DNA of 62,790 nucleotides, counting the filler, from Rhabdomonas costata (Eukaryota): the NCBI GenBank assembly GCA_019059605.1. It is 48 parts of 48 records of this genome, joined end to end, with 100 filler letters (N's around TTAATTAATTAA, not from the genome) between each part and the next. Parts side by side here need not be neighbours in the genome. Positions count along the whole stretch, not along the records: positions 23,599 to 24,809 come from JAHMHO010023482.1; positions 24,910 to 26,102 come from JAHMHO010023483.1; positions 26,203 to 27,413 come from JAHMHO010023484.1; positions 27,514 to 28,729 come from JAHMHO010023485.1; positions 28,830 to 30,040 come from JAHMHO010023486.1; positions 30,141 to 31,350 come from JAHMHO010023487.1; positions 31,451 to 32,661 come from JAHMHO010023488.1; positions 32,762 to 33,971 come from JAHMHO010023489.1; 40 more parts are not named here. One strand, given 5' to 3'. The notes below the pieces were generated by a model, which saw only the letters and a list, made by a program, of their open reading frames with translations, was not told the origin of the DNA and did no database searches. The position numbers and the translations under genes were made by a program. The stretch's first letter is position 1; each line of letters begins with the position of its first letter. Shown here one piece after another: positions 24,685-38,002 of the stretch.

Positions 24685-26415
24685 GCATCCCACTCCCCGA
24701 AGGCCCACATTCACATTTCCTGAACTCTTTGAAAGAAAAGGTGCTGCTTCCCAAAAATTAAGAGATGACCGGCGGCAGGCTTTTTGCAGCGGGCGGCCAC
24801 CACCCACCCNNNNNNNNNNNNNNNNNNNNNNNNNNNNNNNNNNNNNNNNNNNNTTAATTAATTAANNNNNNNNNNNNNNNNNNNNNNNNNNNNNNNNNNN
24901 NNNNNNNNNGTGTTGGTGGTTGGACTGGGATGGATCAAAAGTACGGCTTGCAAGCACGTATAGACCCGCCAAATTTCCCACCTACAAACATTTACAACGG
25001 CACTGGGATTCCACCCAGGGCGAGCCAGTTTCAGGTCCTGGAACGTCCGTGGTACTTTTGATCCATCCCAGTCCAATCATCAATCCTTACCACTCTGTAC
25101 ATTGCATTCCAGATTACCCCGCACAGCCTTGGGCCTCGGGACACGTGCCCTGTGAATAGTCGGACGCGGGCCGCTCTGCACCGCTCGACACTTTTTCCCC
25201 GATGTGAGGAGGGAATGCGTGGGAATGCGTAGGTTGGCTCCACCTCTTCGTCCTGGAACATGTCCCCAATGGCGGCATCTTGCTGCTCTTCGCCATCTCC
25301 AGTGGTGCCCCTCGCCACCGAGAGCCTCACAGTGGCCGAAAACGAAGGTGACGGAAACGGCGGCGTTCCCCAGGATGCTTCTGTTTTAGTCTAAGCCACC
25401 TCCGCTGATCTGACAGGGCCAGCACTTTCTTTCCGCCAAAATAATCTGCGCTAAGAAATCTGCTTTGAGGGAGAGGTTCTCCTTCAACCCATGGACAAAC
25501 CCCAACTTTTCACTGATACGGCATTGCTGTGCTCTTTGCTACACTTTGTTCCTGTGCCGTGGACCCCGATCTCTGCTCTTCCTTCTATGAAGGACTTGTT
25601 AATAAGTTATGTTTGCGTACTGAACACTTTGGTGGCCCCGTGAGGGGTTCCACTGCCTTTTTCTTTGACTACATTGCTTGTTTTACAACAGTTCGTTGGA
25701 CTTTCAGTACAGTGGACGATTTTGCATAAGATCTCAAAAAATCTTTCCGCTTTCGCCATCCACCAGCCGCACATTTTTGTGGAGAAACTGCCGTTGCCGC
25801 TGGTCTCGAGGTTTCGAGCCCTTCACCCACAAACCGATTAGATATTAACATTGCATTTTTTATGGTGGCTGAGGGTAATTAAATCCACGTCTTGGTACAT
25901 GCAAAAGGGGAACAAAATGGGGCAAGGACGTTCATAGGTCAACCAAACTTAACTCAGCCAAAAGTAGTCCTCCAAGGTTCCGTTCCAGAAGCGCAAAATG
26001 AAGTTCTTTTGGCTGAGTTAAGTTTGGTTGACCTATGAACGTCCTTGCCCCCTTTTGTTCCCCTTTTGCATGTACCAAAACGTGGATTTAATTACCCCCA
26101 CANNNNNNNNNNNNNNNNNNNNNNNNNNNNNNNNNNNNNNNNNNNNTTAATTAATTAANNNNNNNNNNNNNNNNNNNNNNNNNNNNNNNNNNNNNNNNNN
26201 NNGTCTCTTTTGTGGGGGGGGGGAGATGTGAAACGCACATGAACTGTGACCCTCTTGTGTTTGGATTATCAGGCTGGATTAGATAAAAAGACCCAGTTAG
26301 AACCCTTTCATTGGCTCTCGAAGACAAGGTACGGTGCAGGCGATTGGAAACAAAGGGCGAGAAGGAGAAAATTGGGCGAAGGCCCTGTATGGATGGGAGA
26401 GATGGGTATCAGCAC

Positions 26416-27374
26416 CTACGACGGCCATCATCACCATCACGGCAACTACGGCAGTCATTGGGATCCCAAGCCCGTAGCCCACCGCGAAGTATACTGCGGA
26501 GGACCGGTAGCTCGCGGTGGACTCATCGCACACCAGGCTGTGGGGACATGCGCGTGTGCGAGATGCGTCCGTGCAGCGTGAGGGTGCATCCGAAGCACTC
26601 TCCAAGCCTCGTGCATTCCGTGGAAGTCTTGCCGACATATCAGATGCCGCCGAGATGCTGGCATCAAACCAAGACAGCAACGAAGGGGTCGCTCCCTTCC
26701 TGTTAGGTTGCTCGTGTTTGCAATATCTGGGACGGTGCATCTTTCGTCAGAACGAAGAACAAAAATGACAAGCAGCTAGATGGCTCTTGCAACAGACATC
26801 GTCGGTCCAGCGGTCCAGCGATGAGGGATCGGCATGGTCCACACTTAAGAAGAAGGCAGGGGTATCATATACTGACTAACACTCTGTAAGGTACGCTAGT
26901 GCGACTTTTTCGCGAGAGTGCTGGTGCTTTTTTTTTAGCGATCTGACTAGTGTTTTTTTCTTGCGGCCCAGAGTAGCACCAACCCTCTACGCTCGACCAG
27001 TCTACTTATACGGCGCGCTGGCCTCTCTTCACCTCTTCTTCTCCCTGGGATCCTCTGGATATTTTATTCGTACCAAGAAGACCCCATTCATGGGACACGA
27101 CTTCGGGATGCTTTTGTATCTTTATCTGCTCTCTATCGCCTTCGTAGATCTTGTCAAGGCTTCCGTGCTTCTTGAATTTGAGCTGCTGCTCAACAGCTGG
27201 CTACACAAGCACACACGCCAACACACAAGACAAGGACCGCATGTCGACGGATAGGTAGGAGATTGTGGTGTTGGGGGTAATCGTCAGGGAACGGCAGGTC
27301 ACCATCTTCGCACAGTACTCCAGCAAAGTAGGGTAGATCAGGAACAGCACGATCACAATGCTAGCCACAAAGAT
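26416..27374 (-). CDS. Multi-pass membrane protein of the protist 'YPT...C...YL..D....C...YxxGIP' type; exons 27374-27238 and 26537-26416
   Basis: IFVASIVIVLFLIYPTLLEYCAKMVTCRSL...YLSVDMR|LVCDESTASY...GYGLGIP. A 700-nt GT-AG intron joins the exons in frame. Confidence 0.8.
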
Positions 27375-30273
27375 CTGCACACAGCACGCGGGAAGTTCGA
27401 TGCCCCAAACCCCNNNNNNNNNNNNNNNNNNNNNNNNNNNNNNNNNNNNNNNNNNNNTTAATTAATTAANNNNNNNNNNNNNNNNNNNNNNNNNNNNNNN
27501 NNNNNNNNNNNNNTTTTGTGTGGAAACTAGTTAAGAGTGATGATGGCAGCGGCCAAATAGAGGTGCCATCCCACCTAAAAAAAAACCCAGCCCCCCCCCC
27601 CCTTCATGCGCCATTCCAAGGTTGAGGTGGGCGAGATCGTTGCTGCAACACCCTCTCCAGGCACAACTGAAACATCTGTACATCTCTCGCTGGGGGGGGG
27701 GGACGTGTTAGGAGTTTTCAATGGAGCTGAGGAAGGTCACCGAGAAAGAGCCCTACATCCGCTCCACCTCCGTTATGGTCTCTGGAGTCCTCGTGGACAA
27801 CATCACAATCTGGCTGTTTGCGCTGGGTTTCTGAGGAGGCGGGCGTGCTGCTTGCCTGCCTGCGTGCCTCCATACCGCCCTCAATGTCCCCGCTTTGCCG
27901 TGCGGTCGTCCCTGTTCAACGCCATGCGCGTTTCGACCTGACAACGCTAGCCGTTATGTGCTCGCGGTAATTACTGGTTGTTTCTGAGTGAAGCTCTCTT
28001 CCGCCAAAGGGCTGGAAATAGGATCCCGTTACCCCCACCTATTCCCGCTTTCTAGTTTAAAAAACGTCAAGCTGGTGGCTGGGATGTCGTACCGGGGTTT
28101 GAGGAATATGTTTATTCAAAAAAATGAATATGGAAAATATCGATTTTAAATCATCAGCGGAGTAACACGGTCTCGAGATAAATGCCCCGCTGGCGCAGAC
28201 ACGCCATGGCTCGGAGGGAAAGCGTCCACCGCAGTCTTCATGGTCGCCTGTGGTACTGCATGGTTTGCACTGGAGTGTGGTACACTTTGCCTTAATTATT
28301 CTCCGGAAAAGAAAGGCCTGGATCGAAAGATCTGGGGAACGTGGCAGCAATACTCCATAATAAATCCAAAATTCCGCAGAAATTTCAGGTAGGAAGCAGA
28401 TGCATGAGGTCGAGCTGAGATGTGTAACACGGGCAGCTTTGGAACTGTACAATAATAATAATGCTTGTTATTTTTTAATGAATGGTAAGAAGATCAACAA
28501 CAAACCGTCATTCTGCAACAAAAGCTTTCCGCTTGTTCAGCAGCGACCTGTGTGTGTTTTGGACTTTTTGCGTTGCCTTATGCTTTTTCCCTCCAATTTG
28601 TGGCGCCGCCAGTAGGCTTCTTGGGTTTTTACTCTGTGCTTTTGTTTGTCATTGCGGCCAGACCCTTTAATGGCCACACGCGCAAATAAACAAAAACAGA
28701 CTTTTCCCACTGTAATAAAACCCACCACANNNNNNNNNNNNNNNNNNNNNNNNNNNNNNNNNNNNNNNNNNNNTTAATTAATTAANNNNNNNNNNNNNNN
28801 NNNNNNNNNNNNNNNNNNNNNNNNNNNNNGGGTTTTGGGTGGGTGGCCGAGGGCCTCTTTTTTCTTCGTTCTGCATCTAGAGGAGGCATGCGAGGTACCG
28901 AGCATGACGACGTCAGTAGGAAACTAGCTGATGCGAGTTACCGACCATAGAGGAACGTAGCTAGTCCAACGAGGGGGTGACGACCAGTGAACATGAGACA
29001 AGAACATCGTGAGAGTCGAATGTGAAACGGTAACATAATCAACAGAACGTATGCAAGGAACATGAGAAACTGGAGCGAGTGCTACGAGCGAGTGTGGAGA
29101 ATGTGACCCAGTGAAAGTAACCGCGAAGCGGTGGAGTAAACAATGGCATCAATACGTGACATATAGAAAGGTTCTTCTTCTTTGAGTGAGTGTAACCGTG
29201 CTTATGCCGGTGGAACGAACTATGAGTGAGCGTAACTATCGTCAGGTGGTGGGGCAAACCATCTTCCAACATCCCTTCTGAGTTGAAGGAACAGGAAGAA
29301 CAGGAGACGTAAGGCCTAGTGTGACGAGTGTGAAGACTGATACGCCATATCTTATATTGGCATCTCACGTCATGTTACGCTAGCATCAAGGGCGCATCAA
29401 CCCACCACACGAATTAAATCCCACAACACTGCACAACATACCAAACCCCACACACCCACACCAACAGTACACTACAAGCACACAGACACAGACACAGAGA
29501 GTATGGTTGAGAGACATAGAGCAAGTTTGATGGAAAGAATGGTTGATGGAGAGCATGGTTGATACGCACGAGACCTCGATGCCCACTTGGGAGTGCAAAG
29601 CCGGATAGGATATAACCTTCACTAGAACCACCAACAGAGACACAACACCGCCCATGCACACATAGAGAAGCAAGATGGGAGACCAAGCACCGAAGGCAAC
29701 GAGCAACAAAACCAAAGTCAAGCACACCATTCACACCTACGTACTCCGCCGAACCCATCACACCACCCACCAACTGAACCACCAATCACAGCCCAAGGTT
29801 TCGGAAGCGTGTCCTACGCCTAATCATAAGAGGAATCCAACACCAAGCACACACGACACCGACACCAAACCACTGCAAGTCCACCACCAGTCTCAAGAAC
29901 CACACCGCACAAAAGAAGAACACACCTTCAAAGAGCATCAGCCACACCAAACACACATCAGTACACGCACGATCCAACGAAGTCCCCACCAAGCCGACAT
30001 CAACCACACCCGTCGCCACAAAGCTCAGCACCAAAACAAANNNNNNNNNNNNNNNNNNNNNNNNNNNNNNNNNNNNNNNNNNNNTTAATTAATTAANNNN
30101 NNNNNNNNNNNNNNNNNNNNNNNNNNNNNNNNNNNNNNNNGTGGTGTGGGTAGGCTGTAACGAGATACAGAATTATTGCCCATTTTAAGCCCCTTTCTAT
30201 TTCGAGTTTTGTCATTTCTTTTCATCTTTTCGCAAGTATGCTATGGCATCAGCATTTCCTTTACCTTGTCCAG

Positions 30274-31212
30274 ATTGTCACTGTGGAGAAATCCATTGTG
30301 GTGGAGGTCGAGAAGGAGATCCCCGTGGAGGTGACCATTGAGAGTGTCATCACCAGAGAAGTCCCCGTGCACATCTCCCACACCGTTACCGTGGAGAGGG
30401 TCGTAGAGAGAGTGGTAGAAATCCCCGCGGAACCTATCGAAGCCCCGGAACGTATCGTCGAAGACTCAGTTACCGTCGACCGCACCATTGAGGTTCCCGT
30501 CGAGAAGATCGTGGAGATTTCCGTCCCGACAACCATCGACCGTACCGTCGAGGTCACAGTGGTGGAGACAGTGGAGGTTCCAGTCACTGTGGAAGTGGAG
30601 AAGACGATCACCAGACAGGTGGAGAAGGTTGTTCCCGTCGAGGTGGAGAAGCTCGTCACGGTCACTGTGGAGACCCCTGTTACCGTCACCGTAGAGGTGA
30701 CCACGGAGAGGATCGTCGAGAAGGAGGTTACCGTGGAGCGGACCGTGGAAGTCCCCACCACTGTGGAGCGCACGGTCGAGGTGCCGGTCGAGAAGATCGT
30801 GGAGAAGACCGTGACTGTTGAGAAGACCGTTGAACGCCCGGTTGAGCGCGTGGTGGAGCGTACCATTGAAGTTCCCGTTGATCGGGTTGTCGAGGTGCCG
30901 GTGGAGAAAGTCATCGAGCGCCTGATCGAGGTCCCTATGGAGCGGACCGTGGAAATTCCAGTGGAGAGGCAGACGACGGTAACCGTGGAAGTCCCAGTGG
31001 ACCGCGTTGTGGAGCGATTCATTGAGGTTCCCGTGGACCGAGTGGTGGAGGTCCCTGTGGAGCGGGTCGTGGTGCGGACGGTGGAGGTCCCTGTGGAGAA
31101 GATTATTGAGAGGCTGGTGGAGGTCCCGGTGGAAGTGGAGAAGGTTGTGGATAGAGTTGTCGAGAAGATTGTGGAGGTGCCGTTCCCGGTTACTGTGGAG
31201 AAGATCGTGGAG
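30274..31212 (+). CDS. Articulin/epiplasmin-like pellicle protein with VPV repeats (one 939-nt exon)
   Basis: Dozens of VEVPVE(K/R)(I/V)VE repeats; acceptor CTTGTCCAG| and donor GAG|GTGTCT. Confidence 0.9.
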
Positions 31213-33474
31213 GTGTCTTTTCTCTTTTCTCCTTCGGAGAGTGGTGGATGGATCGTTTTCCAAAGCTTCACGTTCAGTTGTCTGCCTCTCACCACCCTTC
31301 CTTGAAATTTGCGAACTGAACTGAACTGAGCTTGAAAAACGATCCAACCANNNNNNNNNNNNNNNNNNNNNNNNNNNNNNNNNNNNNNNNNNNNTTAATT
31401 AATTAANNNNNNNNNNNNNNNNNNNNNNNNNNNNNNNNNNNNNNNNNNNNCTTGTTTTCCTCTTTTGGAGGAAATTACAGTGCGGATGTGGTTGAGAGGA
31501 GATAAAAAGTTGCAATTAAAACCACCGCCAATGTGGCATAAATTGCTTTCGTTTGTTGTAGGAAATGAACTTGAGTGTGTGGCGTAACAACAGGATGTAA
31601 ATCAAGCTTGGAGAATTTTGGATTGAGAATTTACGCAGCCTGAGAGTGTGTATGTGCAGCAGCAGAAGTACCTTCGGAACTGAGCCATAGAGGTGGTGGC
31701 GGAGCATTTAATATCATTTCTTTCTTGAGAGTGAGCTGGATATTTATTTCTTTGTTGTTTCTTTTCAGGCAGTTCTGGCAAAGAAGAGGATACCCAGAGG
31801 AGTTCTTCATCTCATAGAAGGCTTTATGCGGTGAAGGTTTGTGGGGTTTTGTGGATGTTGGAGGCGAGAGCGTGGTGTCGTAGTGGGTGTGTCAGTGTGT
31901 AAGAGCTGATCAAGTGTGCTGACTAAATACTCAAGCTTTAAGTGTGTGGAGGTCGAGCAGCGTGGCTTGGTGTGGGAAGAGTGCAGCTGAGCGATGCTTT
32001 GCAAGAGACCATCAAGCTATCAAGCAGTTTCATATCAGAGAGTGGAGTTTTGGAGATGCAAGTGTTTTGCTGTGGAGAAGGCATTAAGCAAGAGTTAGAA
32101 CTCTCTGCAATCACTTGGGTTTTCACCCCATGATTCTGATTAATCAATCGCAATGGTTCTTCCAACTGCACCAGCAAGTTTACCGCCACAATGGGCTATC
32201 TTGGAGCTGTGACCACAAGTGGTTTGGCAGTACCGTTGCCATCTATTTGACTGGACCGGTGCCACTCTGTGTGGCTGTCTGCGTCCATTAGACAGTATCT
32301 ATTGGTCTACGTTTTTTCCTACACACTGACCGCGTCACACCTGCTTAACATCGCCCATTGAAGCTGGAATGAAGAATCCAGCGCTCACATATCCGAGTTA
32401 CTCATCACTATTAATAGTGTAATTTCCAGAAGTTTGAGCTCTACAACCGTTTGCTTACCATCCGGCTTCTCAAATGTTTCTTGTTACATACGTTCTGTTT
32501 GATGTTTACTGTTTACACGTGGACCTGTAAAGTGCCTAAGTGAATAGTAAGAAATTATCACCTTCGATTAAAACATTACCTCAGATCTCGTGCAATCTTT
32601 TATTACACACCGTATGCATGATGCTAATCTGATAATGTTGTTTTCACTTCCAACAACCCCCNNNNNNNNNNNNNNNNNNNNNNNNNNNNNNNNNNNNNNN
32701 NNNNNTTAATTAATTAANNNNNNNNNNNNNNNNNNNNNNNNNNNNNNNNNNNNNNNNNNNNGTTGGTGGTTGAGGATCCTTACGTTGCGAGCGTATCAGT
32801 CCACATGCCCAGTTCCTTCGGAAACGTCCACTCCTTCCCGGTCGCACCGAATATCGGACGTTAACATTCACGCTGCATGGGAAGGAGTGGACGTTTCCGA
32901 AGGAACTGGGCATGTGGACTGATACGCTCGCAACGTAAGGATCCTCAGCCACAATCCAACATGACCATTCATTGAAGAAGAATATCGCAGCTGCTGCGAG
33001 CCCACAGTGGTGACTTGACTTACCAGCAATAGGGGATCAGATCCCTCCCAGACACCCAGAGACGAAATCAAAGTAATGAAAAGTAAGCCGTCGACGAAAG
33101 CGTGGCAAAGCCTTGCCTGGTTTTAAATCGACGCACACCAATTGACTGACGTTGAGCTCCGCAAACTGCGCCGAGGCGTCCAGCAGCAGCAGCACGAGCT
33201 TGAACTCGCACACCACTGCCAGCCAGTGACCTGAGCCATGGGGTAATTACGTACAGTAAGAGCAGCAACACGTCACGGAAGCCGGAAACTTGGTCCGCTG
33301 CAACAATCCAAACCCTTGGTTTGCTCACAATACAACCTCTCTCCATACACATCCAACAGGACACGCGTGCAACTCATGCACAAAACGCAAAAAGACGTAA
33401 TTTTGATGAAAACAAAAAGGAGACATTTAAAATTCAAAATCCATGGGAGAGCCTGAGAGAGGCCCGCCGCATAC

Positions 33475-33616
33475 CTCGAATGTTACAGCTCCCCAGCCCA
33501 CTGGCGGGGCGGGTGCTATTGAGCTGATGGCTCCAGCAGATCACATCATTGTCGTAAAACTGCAGAGCCCGGACGTCCCCCAGCTTGCTCGCGGCTGCCG
33601 TGGCCACAGAACCCTC
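33475..33616 (-). CDS. Probable internal exon, unknown protein
   Basis: TTTCTACAG|EGSVATAAASKLGDVRALQFYDNDVICWSHQ...|GTATGC. Confidence 0.5.
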
Positions 33617-36600
33617 CTGTAGAAAGAACCCAGCACCGGAAGAGCGGCTGCTGACGGTTCGCGCCAAACGAATGGGGTCGAATAAAAACCAAATCACCCA
33701 GTCAACAGGGTCAAAGCCACTGCTATTAAATATGCACAATTAATCTTATACTTTATTGAGAATAAAAACTCTAACCTAGTTTTATAATCAATGGCTGGCA
33801 AATATTATACTACACAGAAGCTCAAAAAAGGGCAATTAAAAATATTTTTATAAATTAAAAGCTGAAGGACGAACACGAAATCACGGTTCTAAAGAAAGAA
33901 AATGTGAAAGGCACTATATCGCAAATACTTATACTTTTATAAAGAAATTATTTCAAGAAGAAAAAACACACNNNNNNNNNNNNNNNNNNNNNNNNNNNNN
34001 NNNNNNNNNNNNNNNTTAATTAATTAANNNNNNNNNNNNNNNNNNNNNNNNNNNNNNNNNNNNNNNNNNNNTCAGCCTTCCAATCCAGACCACTCACACT
34101 GTCCTACTCCACACACACCCCTCACGCAGATACCACACGCCACAACCCAACAACGTCAACATTTGCACCAATCCAGTCACAATTTAAACAGACAATACTC
34201 TCCGATCCAAACCACTGACAATCACCACTGACACCCACGCCACTCCAACATTCATGCCAACACCACCCACCAATCCCATACCCCAGACAACGATCCAACA
34301 ACCCCACCACTGAACACGCACACAGAATCACTGCATCAAAACCCAAATGTCAATCCCACATCCACCCTACATTCCAATCACAATTCCAGACCCAACCATT
34401 CACCTCACATACCATACGCTATAACTCTCATACTGAAACATCTACCGTATACAAGTTAAATAACCCGAAGTCCAATAACAAACCCATACACTAGAATACA
34501 AGAAGAACACGCGCAAAAAAACCAAAGGCTACCACAGACACCCGAACTGTCAACCAGGCACCAGTCCGCGCACACACCCACACATGAAGGTCAATTCCTT
34601 TCCCAGTGCTGCACTAACACATACGCGCATGACCCAAACGATATAAACACTAGATGCAAAGCCTAAGAAACCATCCCACACACCAACACCAAATGCATAC
34701 GTGCAAACACCCAATACCCATGCAAGTCATAACACAACATAACACAACACACCATCCCCATTCAAATCCCCAATCTAATACCGCAAAGCGCGCAGTACAG
34801 CATACACGACACAGAACCAATAGAACAACAAAAACTCGAAACGCGAAAACACGGGTAAACCTTTTTCACACAAAAAAAATCCAAAAGTGCACCACCAATG
34901 GACTCTATTTGCATCTAACACACCAATATATGCCATTTTAAATCCAATTTCTATCGTACTGAAATACAAAGATCCATGATACCCTACCACAAGAAATGCC
35001 GCACATCCGACCTACCTGGCATACCCAACAATATTATTGGGAGAAAAATGACGCAGGATAAAATAAGCCTAAAAAACACTAAACAAAAATACCCGCTTTC
35101 GCCCTTTTATTTTTATCGGTGATCTACTCAGTATCAATGTATCATATAATATACCATTACAAAGTGATGAGAAAAAACCAGAAAACCACCAGAAATGATG
35201 TGTGAGAAAGACGTCCAATGACAACCTACCACAACTCCCAGATTGTTGTGGGGCCACTTGTGTATCTGCCTGTCCTATTTTNNNNNNNNNNNNNNNNNNN
35301 NNNNNNNNNNNNNNNNNNNNNNNNNTTAATTAATTAANNNNNNNNNNNNNNNNNNNNNNNNNNNNNNNNNNNNNNNNNNNNGGGTTGGGGCATCGATGCC
35401 GCTGTCCTCTTCACTCATCTGCCTAAAGTTCCCTGGGTATCCGGAACTGGAGGAGGAAGAGGAGGAGGTGGTGGTGGTGGCCGTTCTTGAAGCTGAGCTT
35501 CGAGTCTGACGCCTGAAGGCGGACCTTTCGGTGTGTGCAATTTTGTGTCCGTCGACGTCTGTTGCAGCAACTCTCTGCATGTGTCCCATCTCTATGCTCT
35601 CCAGAACCTCGCCTGTAGGAAGAGATAAGAGTGTGGCGAAAGGAGTGTTGAGTCTGACATGCTCATTGAATCCCACAAGGTATTCAGCTAGGGAATCATC
35701 CGAGGTCGGACCTTCGATGGCCACAGGGTCCGCCTGGTACTTGTGGATGGCAGGGGCATGTTGGGGCGCGTGTTCTTGGTTGTGAAATTCTGCTCGCTCA
35801 GCACACGAAAGCTCCTCTCCTTCAAACTGCGCGGTGTTTTTTCTTTGGCTTCAGAGTTCTTCCTGCGCTGGAAAATTGCTCCTGTGGTGCGGGAGACGCG
35901 TGAAGTTACTCTGTGAGACAGCTCTTCGATTGTCACGACGGTTTCGTGGTCGCGGTCCATGCACCGCCGCTGGATCTACCGGAATTTCTGACGTTGTACG
36001 TGTAGTTGTTAGTAATGAGGTATGCGAGAAGGTCGCCAACCCGCTCCTTTGTGAATCCATTCCCAGAGAAATTAAAACCGCACGCGATCAACCGGATCTG
36101 ATTTGGCGGTTCACCTTCAACGTTTAGGGGACGGTTCACGCTGTTTGTGCTCAAAGGCTTCCCGGATGGATTCCTTGACGTTTTTTATCATCGTTGTGAA
36201 AGGAAAGGATGTGCACATGGTGCAGACGTTTGCCGTCTTCTGCCCATGCCATGGACTTTATATTTTGAGGTTCTCACCATTCGTGTGAAAGCTCTGACAC
36301 TGTCTGTCCACAAAACGCTTTGATGCACTCATCCAATTGGCGCTGCTTGTCCTTTTCCTTGAGGGTTTTCTACACTGCCTGCAGCAGGCGAACGAGGCTC
36401 TTGTGGGATGCCGAGGTGGACCAGTCTTGCGCTCTTTGCCGGGCTTTGCGGGTTTGAATCTGGTTCCCGCAATAAATCGTAACTTCTTCTTTGTCATATT
36501 CCAAATGCCGTAGTTGTACACCACGCCATTTGGAATATGACAAAGAAGAAGTTACGATTTATTGCGGGAACCAGATTCAAACCCGCCAACCNNNNNNNNN

Positions 36601-36691
36601 NNNNNNNNNNNNNNNNNNNNNNNNNNNNNNNNNNNTTAATTAATTAANNNNNNNNNNNNNNNNNNNNNNNNNNNNNNNNNNNNNNNNNNNN

Positions 36692-37245
36692 TTGTTTGGG
36701 TACCCCCCGCGGGAGTTTCGCTGGAAGTAGCCATGGGATCCTTGGTTGCGCGGCGGGCAGGGGGTGATGGACCAGTGCAGGGTGTTGCAACGGTTGCACG
36801 GGTAAGGTGGTGGTTGGCGGGTGTCGTACTCTCGGCCGCTCCGAGAAACGTATGTGTACTGCTCCGAGGAGTCGGAGGAGCGCAGCGATGGGTGAGGGAG
36901 GTCCTGGGGATGGGGCGTCTGCGTGTCCTGCGCAGTAAGAACGCGCCCGCGCAGCTCCCCGTAGCACTGGTTGAAGAGGGCCGCGTCGTCCTCGGAGACC
37001 GTCTCTCCGAAGCTGTGCTGGAGGAGACGGGCATATAGGCGATCCGCATCGGGGAGATAGGGGTGGACGAGGAGGAGCTGCAGGGCTTCGGCAGTGGGAG
37101 CCTCGGGAAGCGTGGGTGTGGGAGTCCCAAGGGTGAGGGCTTCGAAGCGCTCCTGCAGGTGTTGCTGCTGCTCTTGCAAGCGTTGGACAGAGGCCATGAG
37201 CGGCCCGAAGAGCTGCTGCGCCCAAGCAGGTGGGGGTTCAGACAT
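36692..37245 (-). mobile_element. Gag-like ORF with N-terminal coiled coil and a C-x2-C-x3-H-x5-C Zn knuckle; probable retrotransposon
   Basis: Intronless ORF of at least 184 aa containing YVSRSGREYDTRQPPPYPCNRCNTLHWSITPC. Truncated by the contig end. Confidence 0.55.
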
Positions 37246-38002
37246 TGCAAGGAGGACAATAGAAGGGGTGATGCGAAAGATATAAAGTGACCTGAGAGAG
37301 AGGGCGGTGAAACTTCAGTTCTTTTTATTTTCCTCGATGACCCGGCAAAAGCATCCATCCTTTCGTTTCTTGGGTGCTTCGCCGATTTCCTGTGACCCTC
37401 TTGGACAACATCACCCCATGTGGCAGCCATAAGACGTCTTCGGTTGCTGTCTGCGGCAGATGCTTCACTGTGCATCCATTAGCGTTGTTGCCTTTCCATG
37501 GCTTGCCCCCCTCGATTGACTTGAGCGCTGTGGCTTGTAATGTCAACGACAACTTGGGTTTGGTTAGGCCGGTGTCGAAATGCGCTCTGGAAGGAGCTGA
37601 AATTTCAGTGAAAAAGATGCAAAAGGAACAGCGATATATACGTCGTGGTTCTCCTTTTTTACTCCACCTGTCCTCCAACAATTACCAACTTCTCATACTC
37701 TCTCTCTCTTTTCACATCCTATCACCCGTGAGTTCGATCGGGTTCACTTTCCGGTGAACTGCTGTGAACAAACTTTTTGAGACCAAGTTTTCTGAGTAGA
37801 TAGATGTTCCCATCTGCTGCTGTTCTGCAGAGCTCTCTGGAAAGTCCCAAGCCCATCCACCGCCCCCCCGACCGCATCACCACAACCCCAAACCACCCAA
37901 CCNNNNNNNNNNNNNNNNNNNNNNNNNNNNNNNNNNNNNNNNNNNNTTAATTAATTAANNNNNNNNNNNNNNNNNNNNNNNNNNNNNNNNNNNNNNNNNN
38001 NN

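Noticed and set aside
26819-26876. C/D-box-like pair (GATGA...CTGA) within an intron
   Set aside because: Antisense to the host gene, imperfect C box, no terminal stem or recognisable guide.
30261-31347. Long antisense ORFs (344 aa S/T-rich; 293 aa H/L-rich) opposite the articulin
   Set aside because: Expected shadow of Val/Glu/Pro repeat codons that lack antisense stops.
35382-36060. Minus-strand frame open for about 225 codons apart from one TGA at 35851-35853 (possible readthrough or recoding)
   Set aside because: Low-complexity peptide with no recognisable homology; TGA is a normal stop elsewhere (for example the ankyrin gene).
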